Virus record (IMG/VR): IMGVR_UViG_3300033493_000005 | Span: 1 to 40,117 of that record | DNA: 40,117 bases | Direction: 5' to 3' (one strand) | From: a virus | Taxonomy: Duplodnaviria; Caudoviricetes | Shown here: positions 18,634 through 27,669 of the stretch, piece by piece | Position numbering within the stretch: the first letter of the stretch is position 1 | Layout of the letters: every line of letters starts with the position of its first letter | Program-made: the position numbers and the translations under genes | Notes under the pieces: generated by a model | The model's input: only the letters and a program-made list of their open reading frames with translations | Told to the model about the DNA's origin: nothing | Database searches by the model: none

Positions 18634-19553
18634 AACCATCGTTATCAGATGTAGTTAGAGGCAAGCAGGACAAGCCGGTAAATGTACTGGTCTATGGAAA
18701 GGACGGCATCGGAAAATCTAGTTTTGCTGCTGATGCCCCCGGGGTAATCTTTCTTGATGTTGAAGGCTCAACGGTCGAGCTCGATGTTGAGCGATTGCCA
18801 CATGCCGAAACACTAGAAGAGGTGAATGACCGGATCGATTTGCTGCTAAACGACAAGCACTCATACCGATCGCTGGCGATCGACACGTGGGACTGGTTCG
18901 AGCCGATGATTTGGCGTGACGTAATCCGATCGCGTCCCGGTAAGGACGTCCAGTCAATCGAAGACTTCGGTTATGGCAAGGGGTACGTTTACGCGGTTGA
19001 CACGTGGCGCGCACTGCTAGCTCGACTCGAGAGGCTCAAGCGAGAGAAGAGCATGAACATAATATCTCTCGCCCATGGTGCCGTCCGAACGTTCATCAAT
19101 CCCGAAGGTGAGGACTATGATCGCTATGAACTCAAGGTCCATAAGTCGATCGCGGGCGTGCTTCGTGAGTGGCCTGATGCGGTTCTGTTCGCGACTTACG
19201 AAACGTTTGCAATCAAGAGCAAGACAGCGCGCAAAGCCAAGGGTGCAGGTGACGGCAAGCGCGTTCTGTATACCGAAGAGCGCCCGGCATTTCATGCCAA
19301 GAACCGCTACGGTCTTCCGTTTGAACTTTCGCTTTCTTGGGAGGAATTCTGGAAGCACGCTCGCGGAGCCGGCGCCGAAACCGCGGACGCGGTTATCGCT
19401 CGCATCCGCGAGCGGTTCGCTCCGACCGAGCTCGCAACGAAAGCCGAGAACGGTATCACGAAGATTGGAAACGACCTACGCAAGCTGCGCGGGTTCGAGA
19501 ACTACTTGGCAACACAACTGAAGGCAAAGGAAACTGAAGAATGCGAAACGTAA
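18630..19553 (+). CDS. Sak4-like ssDNA annealing ATPase (AAA_24)
   Basis: YGKDGIGKS Walker A, LDVEGS, LAIDT, GYGKGY, AKNRYGLP. Confidence 0.85.
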   Translation: MKPSLSDVVRGKQDKPVNVLVYGKDGIGKSSFAADAPGVIFLDVEGSTVELDVERLPHAETLEEVNDRIDLLLNDKHSYRSLAIDTWDWFEPMIWRDVIRSRPGKDVQSIEDFGYGKGYVYAVDTWRALLARLERLKREKSMNIISLAHGAVRTFINPEGEDYDRYELKVHKSIAGVLREWPDAVLFATYETFAIKSKTARKAKGAGDGKRVLYTEERPAFHAKNRYGLPFELSLSWEEFWKHARGAGAETADAVIARIRERFAPTELATKAENGITKIGNDLRKLRGFENYLATQLKAKETEECET

Positions 19554-20014
19554 GAGCGAAAGCGATCAAGTCGATCATCGACTTGATCGGACAGAATGAA
19601 ACACCGGCCGTCGTTGTAATGTTCGAGCTACAGGACGGAACTAGCGATAACCGACGATGGACAGGCTGGCTCACGGACGCCGCGCTAGAGCGCACCATCG
19701 AGTCATTGCGTCATATGGGATTCACTGGGAACGACGTGACCACGCTCGATGGCTGCGACTGCGCGGGGTTGCTTCCGAGCGAAGTCAATCTCGTTCTCGA
19801 GGATGAGGTAAATCCGTCCAACGGCAAGACCTACGAAACGATCAAGTGGGTCAACGCTCGCGGTGGCACAGTCGAAGCCAAAAACTCCCCCAAGGGACAA
19901 GCGCTCGCAGAACTCAAGATGCGTTTCAAGGCTGCCGCTGCAGCAACCGCGGCCGCACCGGTGAAACCGGAGCCCGAACCAGAATTCGACGAAGACGAAT
20001 TCGAGAACATGTAA
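19541..20014 (+). CDS. Single-stranded DNA-binding protein
   Basis: Follows Sak4-like gene; beta-rich core and acidic tail EPEFDEDEFENM. Confidence 0.65.
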   Translation: MRNVRAKAIKSIIDLIGQNETPAVVVMFELQDGTSDNRRWTGWLTDAALERTIESLRHMGFTGNDVTTLDGCDCAGLLPSEVNLVLEDEVNPSNGKTYETIKWVNARGGTVEAKNSPKGQALAELKMRFKAAAAATAAAPVKPEPEPEFDEDEFENM

Positions 20015-20140
20015 CTTCGGGGAACCAGCTTGACGTTGGCGCCAGCCTCTCGGCGCTTGCTATCAAAGTCCCGATAGCGTCCCCTCGTACGGAAGTCGTG
20101 AGCCGTGCGAGGGGAAACGGCGGGGCGATTAGGAATAGAT

Positions 20141-20650
20141 ATGATTCAAATAACAAGAAAACTGCTGCGCGAGTGGCAAGCCTGCTACTCGAATGAGAAA
20201 CTGGACGCTACGGTACCAGGATCCGGGTTGACGCCTCTGCAAATACTGGATCTCAATATCCCTGCAGAAGACCGGATGTGGGTGGTGCTGCGAGAACCAG
20301 TGATCCCGGCGTGCGAGTTGCGCCTACTCGCGTGCAAATGGGCCCGCGAGGCTCTAGTTGTTGTCGGCAATCCAGATCCGCGATCTGTTGCTGCCGTCGA
20401 TTGCGCGGAGCGATTTGCTAGAGGAGAATCAACGACGGAAGAACTGGCCGCAGCCTGGTCCGCAGCCAGGGCCGCAGCCTGGTCCGCAGCCGGGTTCGCG
20501 GCCTGGTCCGCAGCCGGGGCCGCAGCCAGGGACGCAGCCGGGGCCGCAGCCAGGGACGCAGCCGGGGCCGCAGTCAGGGCCGCAGCCGGGGCCGCAGCCA
20601 GGGCCGCACAGATCGAGGACTGCAAATCTGTAATCGAGAATCTATCATGA
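20141..20650 (+). CDS. Conserved phage protein with Ala-rich AAxx tetrapeptide repeats
   Basis: LRLLAC..A...L....DPRS..A...A.RFA.GE....EL.AA followed by repeats; AGGA RBS. Confidence 0.7.
   Translation: MIQITRKLLREWQACYSNEKLDATVPGSGLTPLQILDLNIPAEDRMWVVLREPVIPACELRLLACKWAREALVVVGNPDPRSVAAVDCAERFARGESTTEELAAAWSAARAAAWSAAGFAAWSAAGAAARDAAGAAARDAAGAAVRAAAGAAARAAQIEDCKSVIENLS
20447..20608 (+). repeat. 12-bp coding tandem repeat (about 13 units, GCCGCAGCCNGG-like)
   Basis: Directly visible; encodes AAWS/AARA/AAGA/AARD. Confidence 0.85.
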
Positions 20651-20967
20651 TAACCCACAAGCAAATCCTCCTAGCAATCTCACGTATCATTCGGCGCAAG
20701 CGAGAGAAAAATGAAGCGCTCAAGAATGAACAGAAACAACCAAGGTTTGCGCTCGTCGCGGTATTCGGTGAAATCCAAAAGGAACTCGATAAGACGCTAG
20801 GTCCGATAGCTGTTCCGGAGTATGAATTAAATCAGAACTTGTTAGAGATGGTTCGCTCGAGAAGTGTCGTCCCTGCCATCGGCGGATTTACGCTACCGGC
20901 TATCATGAGTAACGATTCCAAGAAAATCACCAACGACTGGAAACTACCCATAACCGATCGCGGCTAA
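20647..20967 (+). CDS. Hypothetical protein
   Basis: ATGA-coupled. Confidence 0.55.
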   Translation: MITHKQILLAISRIIRRKREKNEALKNEQKQPRFALVAVFGEIQKELDKTLGPIAVPEYELNQNLLEMVRSRSVVPAIGGFTLPAIMSNDSKKITNDWKLPITDRG

Positions 20968-20971
20968 CGTC

Positions 20972-22411
20972 ATGGTTATCTCACTACGCCCCTTCCAGTC
21001 GCGCGCATGCAAAGCCGCCTGGCTCGCATTGCAGCGCGTTCGCTCAGTCTGCCTAGTGGCGCCGACAGGGGCTGGCAAAACGGTCATGGGAACATCAATG
21101 GTAGCGGCACACTACCGTCGGTCACTTCGGACGCTATGGGTTGCGCATCGAACCGAATTGATAACACAGTCCGCGGCGAAACTGAGAGAGTCGACGATCG
21201 GGAAACACGCCATCGGAGTTATTGCTCCGCACCACCCGAGCACGCCATCGTTGCCCGTGCAAGTGGCGTCTATCCAGACTTTGACGTCGCGCGGTTTTCC
21301 GCCGAGCGTCGACTTCGTGGTGCTAGACGAGTGTCACCATTATCGCGCGGACGATTGGGGACAGGTCCATACCGTATATCCGGACGCGAAATTCCTAGGC
21401 CTGACCGCTACCCCAGAACGTCGCGACGGGCGTGCTCTCGGGGATATGTTCGACGAGCTGATCGTTGCCGCGCAACACTCTGAGTTACTCGCGGACGGTT
21501 ACCTCGTTCCGTGTGATGTTTATCAGCCAGAGAGAGGCATGGGTTCGAATGAAGTCGCGCAAGACCCGTTGCTGGCCTATCAATCGCTCGCCAACGGTCA
21601 ACGGTGTTTTATTTTTGCCAGCCGTGTCGAGCAATGTGAAATTCTTGCTGCTCGATTCTCCGATGCCGGTATTCCGGCTAGAGTTGTCGAGGCGAAAAGT
21701 CCTAAGCCCGAACGGGATGCGAATCTCCGTGCGTTTCGACAGGGCTCGGTCAAGGTACTAGTCAATGTCTACGCCCTAACCGAAGGTGTCGACGTGCCGG
21801 AGGCGTCGTGCGTAATTATCGCGCGCAAAATGGACCACGTAGGGATGTACCTGCAATGCTGCGGACGTGTGCTTCGACCTGCGTCGTGTAAGACTAAAGC
21901 GACGATTATCGATCTATCTGGAGCAACGCTGCTCCATGGGTTTCCAACAGAAGACCGCGAATACTCACTTGACGGCGACGCAATCAAACGCACGTCGCCG
22001 GAACCGTTGCGAGTCTGTCCGGCGTGCGGAGCGACGTCAGCTGCTTGGCGCTCGTCGTGTCCGGAGTGCGGATTCGTTCCTCCGCTTGTAGAGGCTCCGA
22101 AGCTCAAGATATTTTCTCAGGAATTGCGGCGCGTGTTCGCTGGAATGCAAACGCCAGATGACGCGAAGCGAGCGGAGTACCTACGGCTTAGGGATGAGGG
22201 TCGCAAGCGTGGATGGAATTTATACTTCGTGCAAAAGGAATACGCAAAGCTGTTCAGGGAGAAGCCGGTGATTGATGATGCGAGCGACGAGGAGAAGCAC
22301 GCCGTTCTTGCGTTGTTGCGAGAGACCGCACTAGCAAAGGGTTACTCGCCGAACTGGGCGAGCATGAGATACAAGCAGACCTTCGGCCGATGGCCAGCTA
22401 GGAGCGCGTGA
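20972..22411 (+). CDS. Superfamily 2 helicase (RadD/YejH-like) with Zn ribbon
   Basis: LRPFQ, APTGAGKT, DECHH, LTATP, TEGVDVP, Q..GRVLR, CPAC...CPEC. Confidence 0.92.
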   Translation: MVISLRPFQSRACKAAWLALQRVRSVCLVAPTGAGKTVMGTSMVAAHYRRSLRTLWVAHRTELITQSAAKLRESTIGKHAIGVIAPHHPSTPSLPVQVASIQTLTSRGFPPSVDFVVLDECHHYRADDWGQVHTVYPDAKFLGLTATPERRDGRALGDMFDELIVAAQHSELLADGYLVPCDVYQPERGMGSNEVAQDPLLAYQSLANGQRCFIFASRVEQCEILAARFSDAGIPARVVEAKSPKPERDANLRAFRQGSVKVLVNVYALTEGVDVPEASCVIIARKMDHVGMYLQCCGRVLRPASCKTKATIIDLSGATLLHGFPTEDREYSLDGDAIKRTSPEPLRVCPACGATSAAWRSSCPECGFVPPLVEAPKLKIFSQELRRVFAGMQTPDDAKRAEYLRLRDEGRKRGWNLYFVQKEYAKLFREKPVIDDASDEEKHAVLALLRETALAKGYSPNWASMRYKQTFGRWPARSA

Positions 22412-22797
22412 TGTCTGAAGCGATCATAAAAAACGAAATCCGCAAACGACTCTCCTCGCTAGGGATTGTCATCTGGCAGCAGGCTACCGGTCACGGAATG
22501 ACCGAAACCGGATCACAGATATCGTTCGGTCTATGTCGAGGCTCGAGCGACCTAATCGGAATTCGAAAGTCAGACGGGAAGTTCGTAGCGATTGAGTGCA
22601 AGACTGAATCCGGGATGAGAGCACACGAGAACGCAATCAATCGGTGCGCTCGAAAGATGCAAAATAAGGAGCCGTTGACAACTGAAGAACGGCGCGCGTT
22701 TGAGCAGCATACTTTCGTTGCGTTGATCAAAGCGTCTAATGGGCTTGCCGGGTTCGCTACATCAGCAGACGAGGCGGAAAGGATTGTGACGAGATGA
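22408..22797 (+). CDS. VRR-NUC domain nuclease
   Basis: MSEA.I...I, GSSDLIG, FVAIECK. Confidence 0.8.
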   Translation: MMSEAIIKNEIRKRLSSLGIVIWQQATGHGMTETGSQISFGLCRGSSDLIGIRKSDGKFVAIECKTESGMRAHENAINRCARKMQNKEPLTTEERRAFEQHTFVALIKASNGLAGFATSADEAERIVTR

Positions 22798-23396
22798 CAA
22801 CTGAAGCATTCATAGAGGCGGTGAAAGAACCAGAGCAATGGGAGGCGTTCGACCCATGCGAAGGTGACCGTGGGGAATGGTTCGGGTCATCCGAATGGAC
22901 TAACTGGTCCGCGTATCAACTAAGCGGAACCAAGTTTCGTCGCATACCAGCGCCCGCCGCCGACTCACCCACGGAGATGGATGCAGAGCAGGCGACGGAA
23001 TGGCTAAAAACGCCGGGGCGAGCCGTTTTCAGTATAAAGACCGGAGTCTTTTACGGCTCCGGTGCAAGCCTAGCTGGCGATTTCCACTTCCGTCCTTTCG
23101 CCCCCCTAACCCGCGGGCAGCTGGCGGAGATTGAAAGGCTCAAGGAAGCGCTCAATGCAGAGTCGCGACTGAACCTGAAAATAGGTCTCGAGCTGAACGC
23201 GACCAAGGAACAACTAGAGTCCGCCCTCGGCTCACAGAAAGCGGCGCTGGCGGCGCTGGAGCAGGAACGGAACGAGAACGCGCGACTGGTCCACAAAGTG
23301 AACGCACTGGTCCGGTGCCACGAAAAGACCAAGAGCGCAATCCGAGAGTACGAGATAGCACCGATCGAAACCGCAGGGAAGGAGTCGGGAGGATGA
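22794..23396 (+). CDS. Hypothetical protein with C-terminal coiled coil
   Basis: ATGA-coupled. Confidence 0.6.
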   Translation: MTTEAFIEAVKEPEQWEAFDPCEGDRGEWFGSSEWTNWSAYQLSGTKFRRIPAPAADSPTEMDAEQATEWLKTPGRAVFSIKTGVFYGSGASLAGDFHFRPFAPLTRGQLAEIERLKEALNAESRLNLKIGLELNATKEQLESALGSQKAALAALEQERNENARLVHKVNALVRCHEKTKSAIREYEIAPIETAGKESGG

Positions 23397-23836
23397 AACG
23401 CTACGTTGTTGGATTCCATTTTGCGCGTCACGGAAACCTGGTTACGCTAATCCGCAAGGACCACCCGGAGTGGCAAGCTGGGAAACTGAACGGAGTCGGA
23501 GGAGAAATTGTTGACGGTGAGACGTCGGAATGCGCCATGCGTCGAGAGTTCCGGGAGGAGACGGGGGCCGACATTGACAGCTGGAAACTGTTCGCCACGC
23601 TGACCGACAAGGACAAGTCACGGTTCCTGGTAGACTTCTACTGGTCCACTATCGAGGCTTCGGTCGAGTCAAAAACCAACGAAGAGGTGAGCCGTTACGC
23701 AACGCAAGACGTGATCATTGGTGACGAGAAAACCATAGCGAACCTACCATGGATGCTTCTGATGGCCCTGAACGACATGAACGGAGTAGACAACTGCGCC
23801 AGGTTTGAGATCACGGAAATGGAATGGTACCGATGA
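23393..23836 (+). CDS. Nudix hydrolase
   Basis: Nudix box GGEIVDGETSECAMRREFREETG; ATGA start at 23393. Confidence 0.88.
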   Translation: MKRYVVGFHFARHGNLVTLIRKDHPEWQAGKLNGVGGEIVDGETSECAMRREFREETGADIDSWKLFATLTDKDKSRFLVDFYWSTIEASVESKTNEEVSRYATQDVIIGDEKTIANLPWMLLMALNDMNGVDNCARFEITEMEWYR

Positions 23837-24090
23837 CCCTCCCCATCCCCCGCGCCGTCCGGGAGACTCGATTTGACTCGTACGGATACCGCATCAAACG
23901 GCGCCGCTGGCATTCCAAGTGCAATTGCGAAGAGCCGTGCCAGGGTAGGTACAACTGCACCTGTAAAGCCCATAAGGGGCACCGCTCGACGCCATGGTGC
24001 TGCGGAGCGGACGACGACATCGAAAGGAAGCACGGCCCAACGTGTGATGACTGCGCGATGCTGATTCGCCAATCGGAAGGTGCGTCATGA
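23833..24090 (+). CDS. Cys/His-rich hypothetical protein
   Basis: ATGA coupling at both ends; many Cys. Confidence 0.55.
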   Translation: MTLPIPRAVRETRFDSYGYRIKRRRWHSKCNCEEPCQGRYNCTCKAHKGHRSTPWCCGADDDIERKHGPTCDDCAMLIRQSEGAS

Positions 24091-24566
24091 AGGTTCTATT
24101 CCCCCGCGCCGTCCGGGAGTTCCTGAACGGCCTGAACGAATGCGCGTCAGCTGGTCGAGAACTGCTCAATATGCGCCAGGGTGACTTGCATGCGGCGATG
24201 AGTTGCATGGTAGAGCGAGCGCAAAATGAGCTCAAATCCGAACGTGCGGTGCATGAGGAAGAGGTGCGCAGGCTTTCGTCTAAGCTAGAGTTTTCCAGCG
24301 CTCGAGTGCAATCGTTGAAAGAACAGCTCTCCGCCGAAACCGCCGCACGCAAGGAAGCCGAGCGGAAGCTGGGAGCGTTGACACTTGCGATCGTTGAGTA
24401 TCGCGAGAACATCAACACGTTTGCCGACGATCTACGCGAGGACAAGGCCAGCGCGAATCACGTGGACGCGTGCGACTACTCGATTGGTATCCTGGACATG
24501 ATACTGCGACGAGACGGAATCACTATCCCCGAGTCCCTCGACGCGACGGAGAAAGCCGATGTTTGA
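24087..24566 (+). CDS. Hypothetical coiled-coil protein
   Basis: ATGA-coupled. Confidence 0.6.
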   Translation: MKVLFPRAVREFLNGLNECASAGRELLNMRQGDLHAAMSCMVERAQNELKSERAVHEEEVRRLSSKLEFSSARVQSLKEQLSAETAARKEAERKLGALTLAIVEYRENINTFADDLREDKASANHVDACDYSIGILDMILRRDGITIPESLDATEKADV

Positions 24567-24816
24567 ACGATTTACGAGGTGGCTTTGCAGTGTCGGAGTT
24601 CATTCATGGGAATACATCCTATGCGAAAGCGGCCACGAATATCCAAGATGTAGACGGTGCGGGGCGTGGGATTTTTACGGGATCGAATACCCATCGAAGG
24701 ACTGGCCACCTCCGTATCCTGGAATGGAACTTACGTGGCGCAGCATCCACGGGTTCCATGGAGACGACATGAGAAACCGAGATACAGCGGAGAAAGCGGG
24801 AAGCGATGGCAAGTGA
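24559..24816 (+). CDS. Small Zn-finger-like protein
   Basis: WLC..G.H.W...RCRRCG. Confidence 0.55.
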   Translation: MFERFTRWLCSVGVHSWEYILCESGHEYPRCRRCGAWDFYGIEYPSKDWPPPYPGMELTWRSIHGFHGDDMRNRDTAEKAGSDGK

Positions 24817-25165
24817 ACCAACGTCAATCCAATGCGAAGAATGCGGCGGGGTGCGCCAAGAATGCGACTGCCCGGACCCTACGGAGTGGCCAGCAGGACC
24901 GCCGACGGTCAGCGAAATGGAGCGCATCGTTGAAGAGGACGATCGAATCTACGCCGAGTTAGGCACATCAGAGAAACGCGGTCTGCATGACGCGGTGGTA
25001 GACGGCATCTGGGCCAAGGTGACTATCCCAGCGCATGTGACAGTGCAACTTACTGATGAAGAACTGAGGGGCGCGATAAGCAGAATAGGAAGAGGCCTAG
25101 CGCGAGAGAACCCGTCGGTACTCATGCGTCTAGGACGGCACGACGAAGGAGCGAAGAATGGCTAA
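24806..25165 (+). CDS. Hypothetical protein
   Basis: N-terminal CEEC..ECDC; overlap-coupled. Confidence 0.55.
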   Translation: MASEPTSIQCEECGGVRQECDCPDPTEWPAGPPTVSEMERIVEEDDRIYAELGTSEKRGLHDAVVDGIWAKVTIPAHVTVQLTDEELRGAISRIGRGLARENPSVLMRLGRHDEGAKNG

Positions 25166-25604
25166 CCGTAGGACGAAACTTGCGAAAGGGAATCTACATG
25201 AAGGAAGCCGTCGCATCGGCGAAACCACGATCGCCAATGACTGCGGAACAGTGATCACGTTCGATGCGCAAGACGATCACGTCCTGGTCACTCTTGAGGA
25301 AGACGAGAACGACGACGAATTTTGCATATACGCTCAAGATGTGAGAGAGCTACTCGGCGTGACAATCCCGTGCGGAACCTGCGCAACCGGGCCATTCAAC
25401 GGATCGCAACGAAATCCTGGAGCGTGCGCCAGGTACACTCCTATTGCCGCTGGACCCGACAAGGTTAGGGCTGCGGCGAGGGAACTGCGGGAAGCGTGGG
25501 ATCGTAAGCTGAGAAAAGGGCGAGGCATGCTTGACGTTATTGCGCGAATAGATGCACTTTGCTGCGTACTCGACGATGAAACAGAAGAGGTAGACGGACA
25601 ATGA
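25158..25604 (+). CDS. Hypothetical protein (apparent paralog of next gene)
   Basis: AAGGAG RBS; KLAKG motif. Confidence 0.6.
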   Translation: MANRRTKLAKGNLHEGSRRIGETTIANDCGTVITFDAQDDHVLVTLEEDENDDEFCIYAQDVRELLGVTIPCGTCATGPFNGSQRNPGACARYTPIAAGPDKVRAAARELREAWDRKLRKGRGMLDVIARIDALCCVLDDETEEVDGQ

Positions 25605-25921
25605 AACCAAAACTAGCAAAAGGCAGCGAGTGGGGCGCGTGCGACATCGTAGACGCGGACGGAACGATTGTCGATATCGACAGAACAGATGCGGTCATAG
25701 CGATAAACGATGAACCGGCGTACGTTGCCGACCTGTTGGCGATTGTTCGGGTAACTAAGAGCATTGACGGTAAGCCGCTAGACCCGGTTTGGGATGCAGC
25801 GGTGTCGGCGCGAGAATGGTGGGATGCGCTTGGACCAGGGCGTCAAGACTTGCTGCCCGGAGACATTGCCGATGTGATTCGCGCCATTTGCCGGGCAGTG
25901 GAGGGGGCAAGCGATGGATGA
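25601..25921 (+). CDS. Hypothetical protein (apparent paralog of previous gene)
   Basis: ATGA-coupled; KLAKG motif. Confidence 0.6.
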   Translation: MKPKLAKGSEWGACDIVDADGTIVDIDRTDAVIAINDEPAYVADLLAIVRVTKSIDGKPLDPVWDAAVSAREWWDALGPGRQDLLPGDIADVIRAICRAVEGASDG

Positions 25922-26522
25922 CGAGAAGAGAGACGATGTGAACTACAGACGGATACATATTGGCGAAAGAGTGCGCGCTGCGAGCCGATCGTGCGGTATA
26001 ACAATGGGCGACATGGCGCGCCTTCTGGGTTGCGACGTTTCCCGCGTTTACGGGATCGAACGGGGCGAGCTGGTTCCGAGCGATGCAGAGGCGGCTCGCA
26101 TTGAGAAGTTGACCGGGGTCCCGTCGACTCTAATCCTGTCTGCCGCTGAGCATCGAGACGAGTCGATGGTGCCGCATGTGTGGATTGACATCGTACGTGT
26201 CCGCGAGGTCGCCCTAGAAGGCTGTGACTGCGTGGGTCACATGTCAGCTAAGAAAGTCCTGCCTAACGATGTCGAATACATCCCCGCCTCCGAGCTCGAA
26301 TCGTCCGAATCGGCGCGCAAACTTGCAGTGGAAGAGACAGCCGAGTCCCGGCACGCTGCGGACGCGATGCGCGAAAAGCTCGAAGCAGCGCAGAGGCGGG
26401 TTGCGGAGTTGGAATTGCTACTAGACGCGGCACGGGCAAACGTCGAGGGTCAACGAAAGGCTGCAGAGTACTGGCACGCAAACTATCAGTCCCTACTCAC
26501 GGAGAAACCCGCCGATGGCTGA
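25914..26522 (+). CDS. XRE/Cro-type HTH protein with C-terminal coiled coil
   Basis: IGERVR.....GITMGDMARLLG.DVSRVYGIERGELVPS. Confidence 0.8.
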   Translation: MDDEKRDDVNYRRIHIGERVRAASRSCGITMGDMARLLGCDVSRVYGIERGELVPSDAEAARIEKLTGVPSTLILSAAEHRDESMVPHVWIDIVRVREVALEGCDCVGHMSAKKVLPNDVEYIPASELESSESARKLAVEETAESRHAADAMREKLEAAQRRVAELELLLDAARANVEGQRKAAEYWHANYQSLLTEKPADG

Positions 26523-26709
26523 ACCCAAAACAACACCCGGAACCAGATTCAAAATTCACGAGAGCAGATACCCTGGCCGCGTATATGAGATAACGTACGC
26601 CGACGAAAACTGGGTCCGCGCTAGAGTTGTAGTTCGTGACCCGAATGAATTCGTAGACGTTGTGGCTATAGACGCTGGTAGATTCGCTTCGAAAGCGGAG
26701 ATCATATGA
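26515..26709 (+). CDS. Hypothetical protein
   Basis: Coupled, 64 aa, beta-rich. Confidence 0.5.
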   Translation: MAEPKTTPGTRFKIHESRYPGRVYEITYADENWVRARVVVRDPNEFVDVVAIDAGRFASKAEII

Positions 26710-27002
26710 AGACAGCTGGTCCGCCGCATTATTCAGGCAGGCATGCTGCTTCAACACGCAACACCGGTCGACCAAAGAAACCTGGAGTATGCCAATGTGG
26801 AAGCACGAAGATTCATCTTCACGGGATGTGCCGAATGTGCGATTCGAAAGCGAACCACCAGCGCTACCTGAACCGGAAAGCGTCATTGGCGAGCTCATGC
26901 GAATGCTCGCCGGAAGACACGAGGTCTATGCAGAACCATTGTCAAGCCGATGGCTGCTCGACAACGGATATTGTGCATCAGTCGGAAACGACTTCGAGCT
27001 AA
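26706..27002 (+). CDS. Hypothetical Cys-rich protein (overlaps 26789-27076; boundaries uncertain)
   Basis: ATGA start; CQC...HGMCRMC. Confidence 0.4.
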   Translation: MKTAGPPHYSGRHAASTRNTGRPKKPGVCQCGSTKIHLHGMCRMCDSKANHQRYLNRKASLASSCECSPEDTRSMQNHCQADGCSTTDIVHQSETTSS

Positions 27003-27065
27003 CCGAAAAAGGAGAACGGTTTGCAGAGTCAGTGGTTTCGAAATCTGGAATTCGAGGTATAATCC

Positions 27066-27314
27066 ATGACGACTAAATCATCGCTGCCTAAACCAGAAGA
27101 CATATTAATTGCAGGCCCGCGCACATTTGCCGAGGCTGTCATTGTGCACTCGGAGTTCTCTGTTTGCGCGCAACGTGCGCTCTTAGATCTGTCGGAGTTC
27201 ATACCGAAAGCGATCGAAGAACTGAATGCATGGGCGAGATGGCTTCCTGATGCTAGGGTATTGATTGATCACGAGATAGAGCAAAGAAAGCGCACATACC
27301 GTGACACGTACTGA
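27066..27314 (+). CDS. Hypothetical protein
   Basis: GAGGT RBS; helical. Confidence 0.55.
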   Translation: MTTKSSLPKPEDILIAGPRTFAEAVIVHSEFSVCAQRALLDLSEFIPKAIEELNAWARWLPDARVLIDHEIEQRKRTYRDTY

Positions 27315-27669
27315 GCAGATCAATCTAGCACTCAAACTCAAACGCGGAGGGAAGGGGCAGGGGCCTTCACCGCGTGAAGTCAAGCTAGCGGATGCTCTGG
27401 GTTTGAGAGTTCATGTTTTGATTGTAACCGCAAAGCCAAGACCGTACCCGCCGCACTACACGATAGACTGCGGGTGCATTCGTCGTGGTATAGCGATTGA
27501 GATAGACGGGCCATCGCATCGGGTTCTTGAAGTTCAAAAATCCGACAGGAGAAAAACCAGATTCTTGAGGGCTCACGGATGGCGTGTATTTCGGGTAACG
27601 AATGATGACGTCGATAAGCGGTTTATGGAAACAGTCAGGCTACTGCAATCGAGAATCAATCGCATATGA
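27301..27669 (+). CDS. DUF559/Vsr-like endonuclease
   Basis: YTID....GIAIEIDGPSH...DRRKTRFL..HGWRVFRVTN. Confidence 0.8.
   Translation: MTRTEQINLALKLKRGGKGQGPSPREVKLADALGLRVHVLIVTAKPRPYPPHYTIDCGCIRRGIAIEIDGPSHRVLEVQKSDRRKTRFLRAHGWRVFRVTNDDVDKRFMETVRLLQSRINRI

Noticed and set aside
20014-20140. tRNA gene
   Set aside because: No acceptor stem, T-loop GTTCRA or CCA arrangement
20358-20633. PQPG-repeat protein
   Set aside because: Alternate-frame reading of the 12-bp repeat inside the Ala-rich gene
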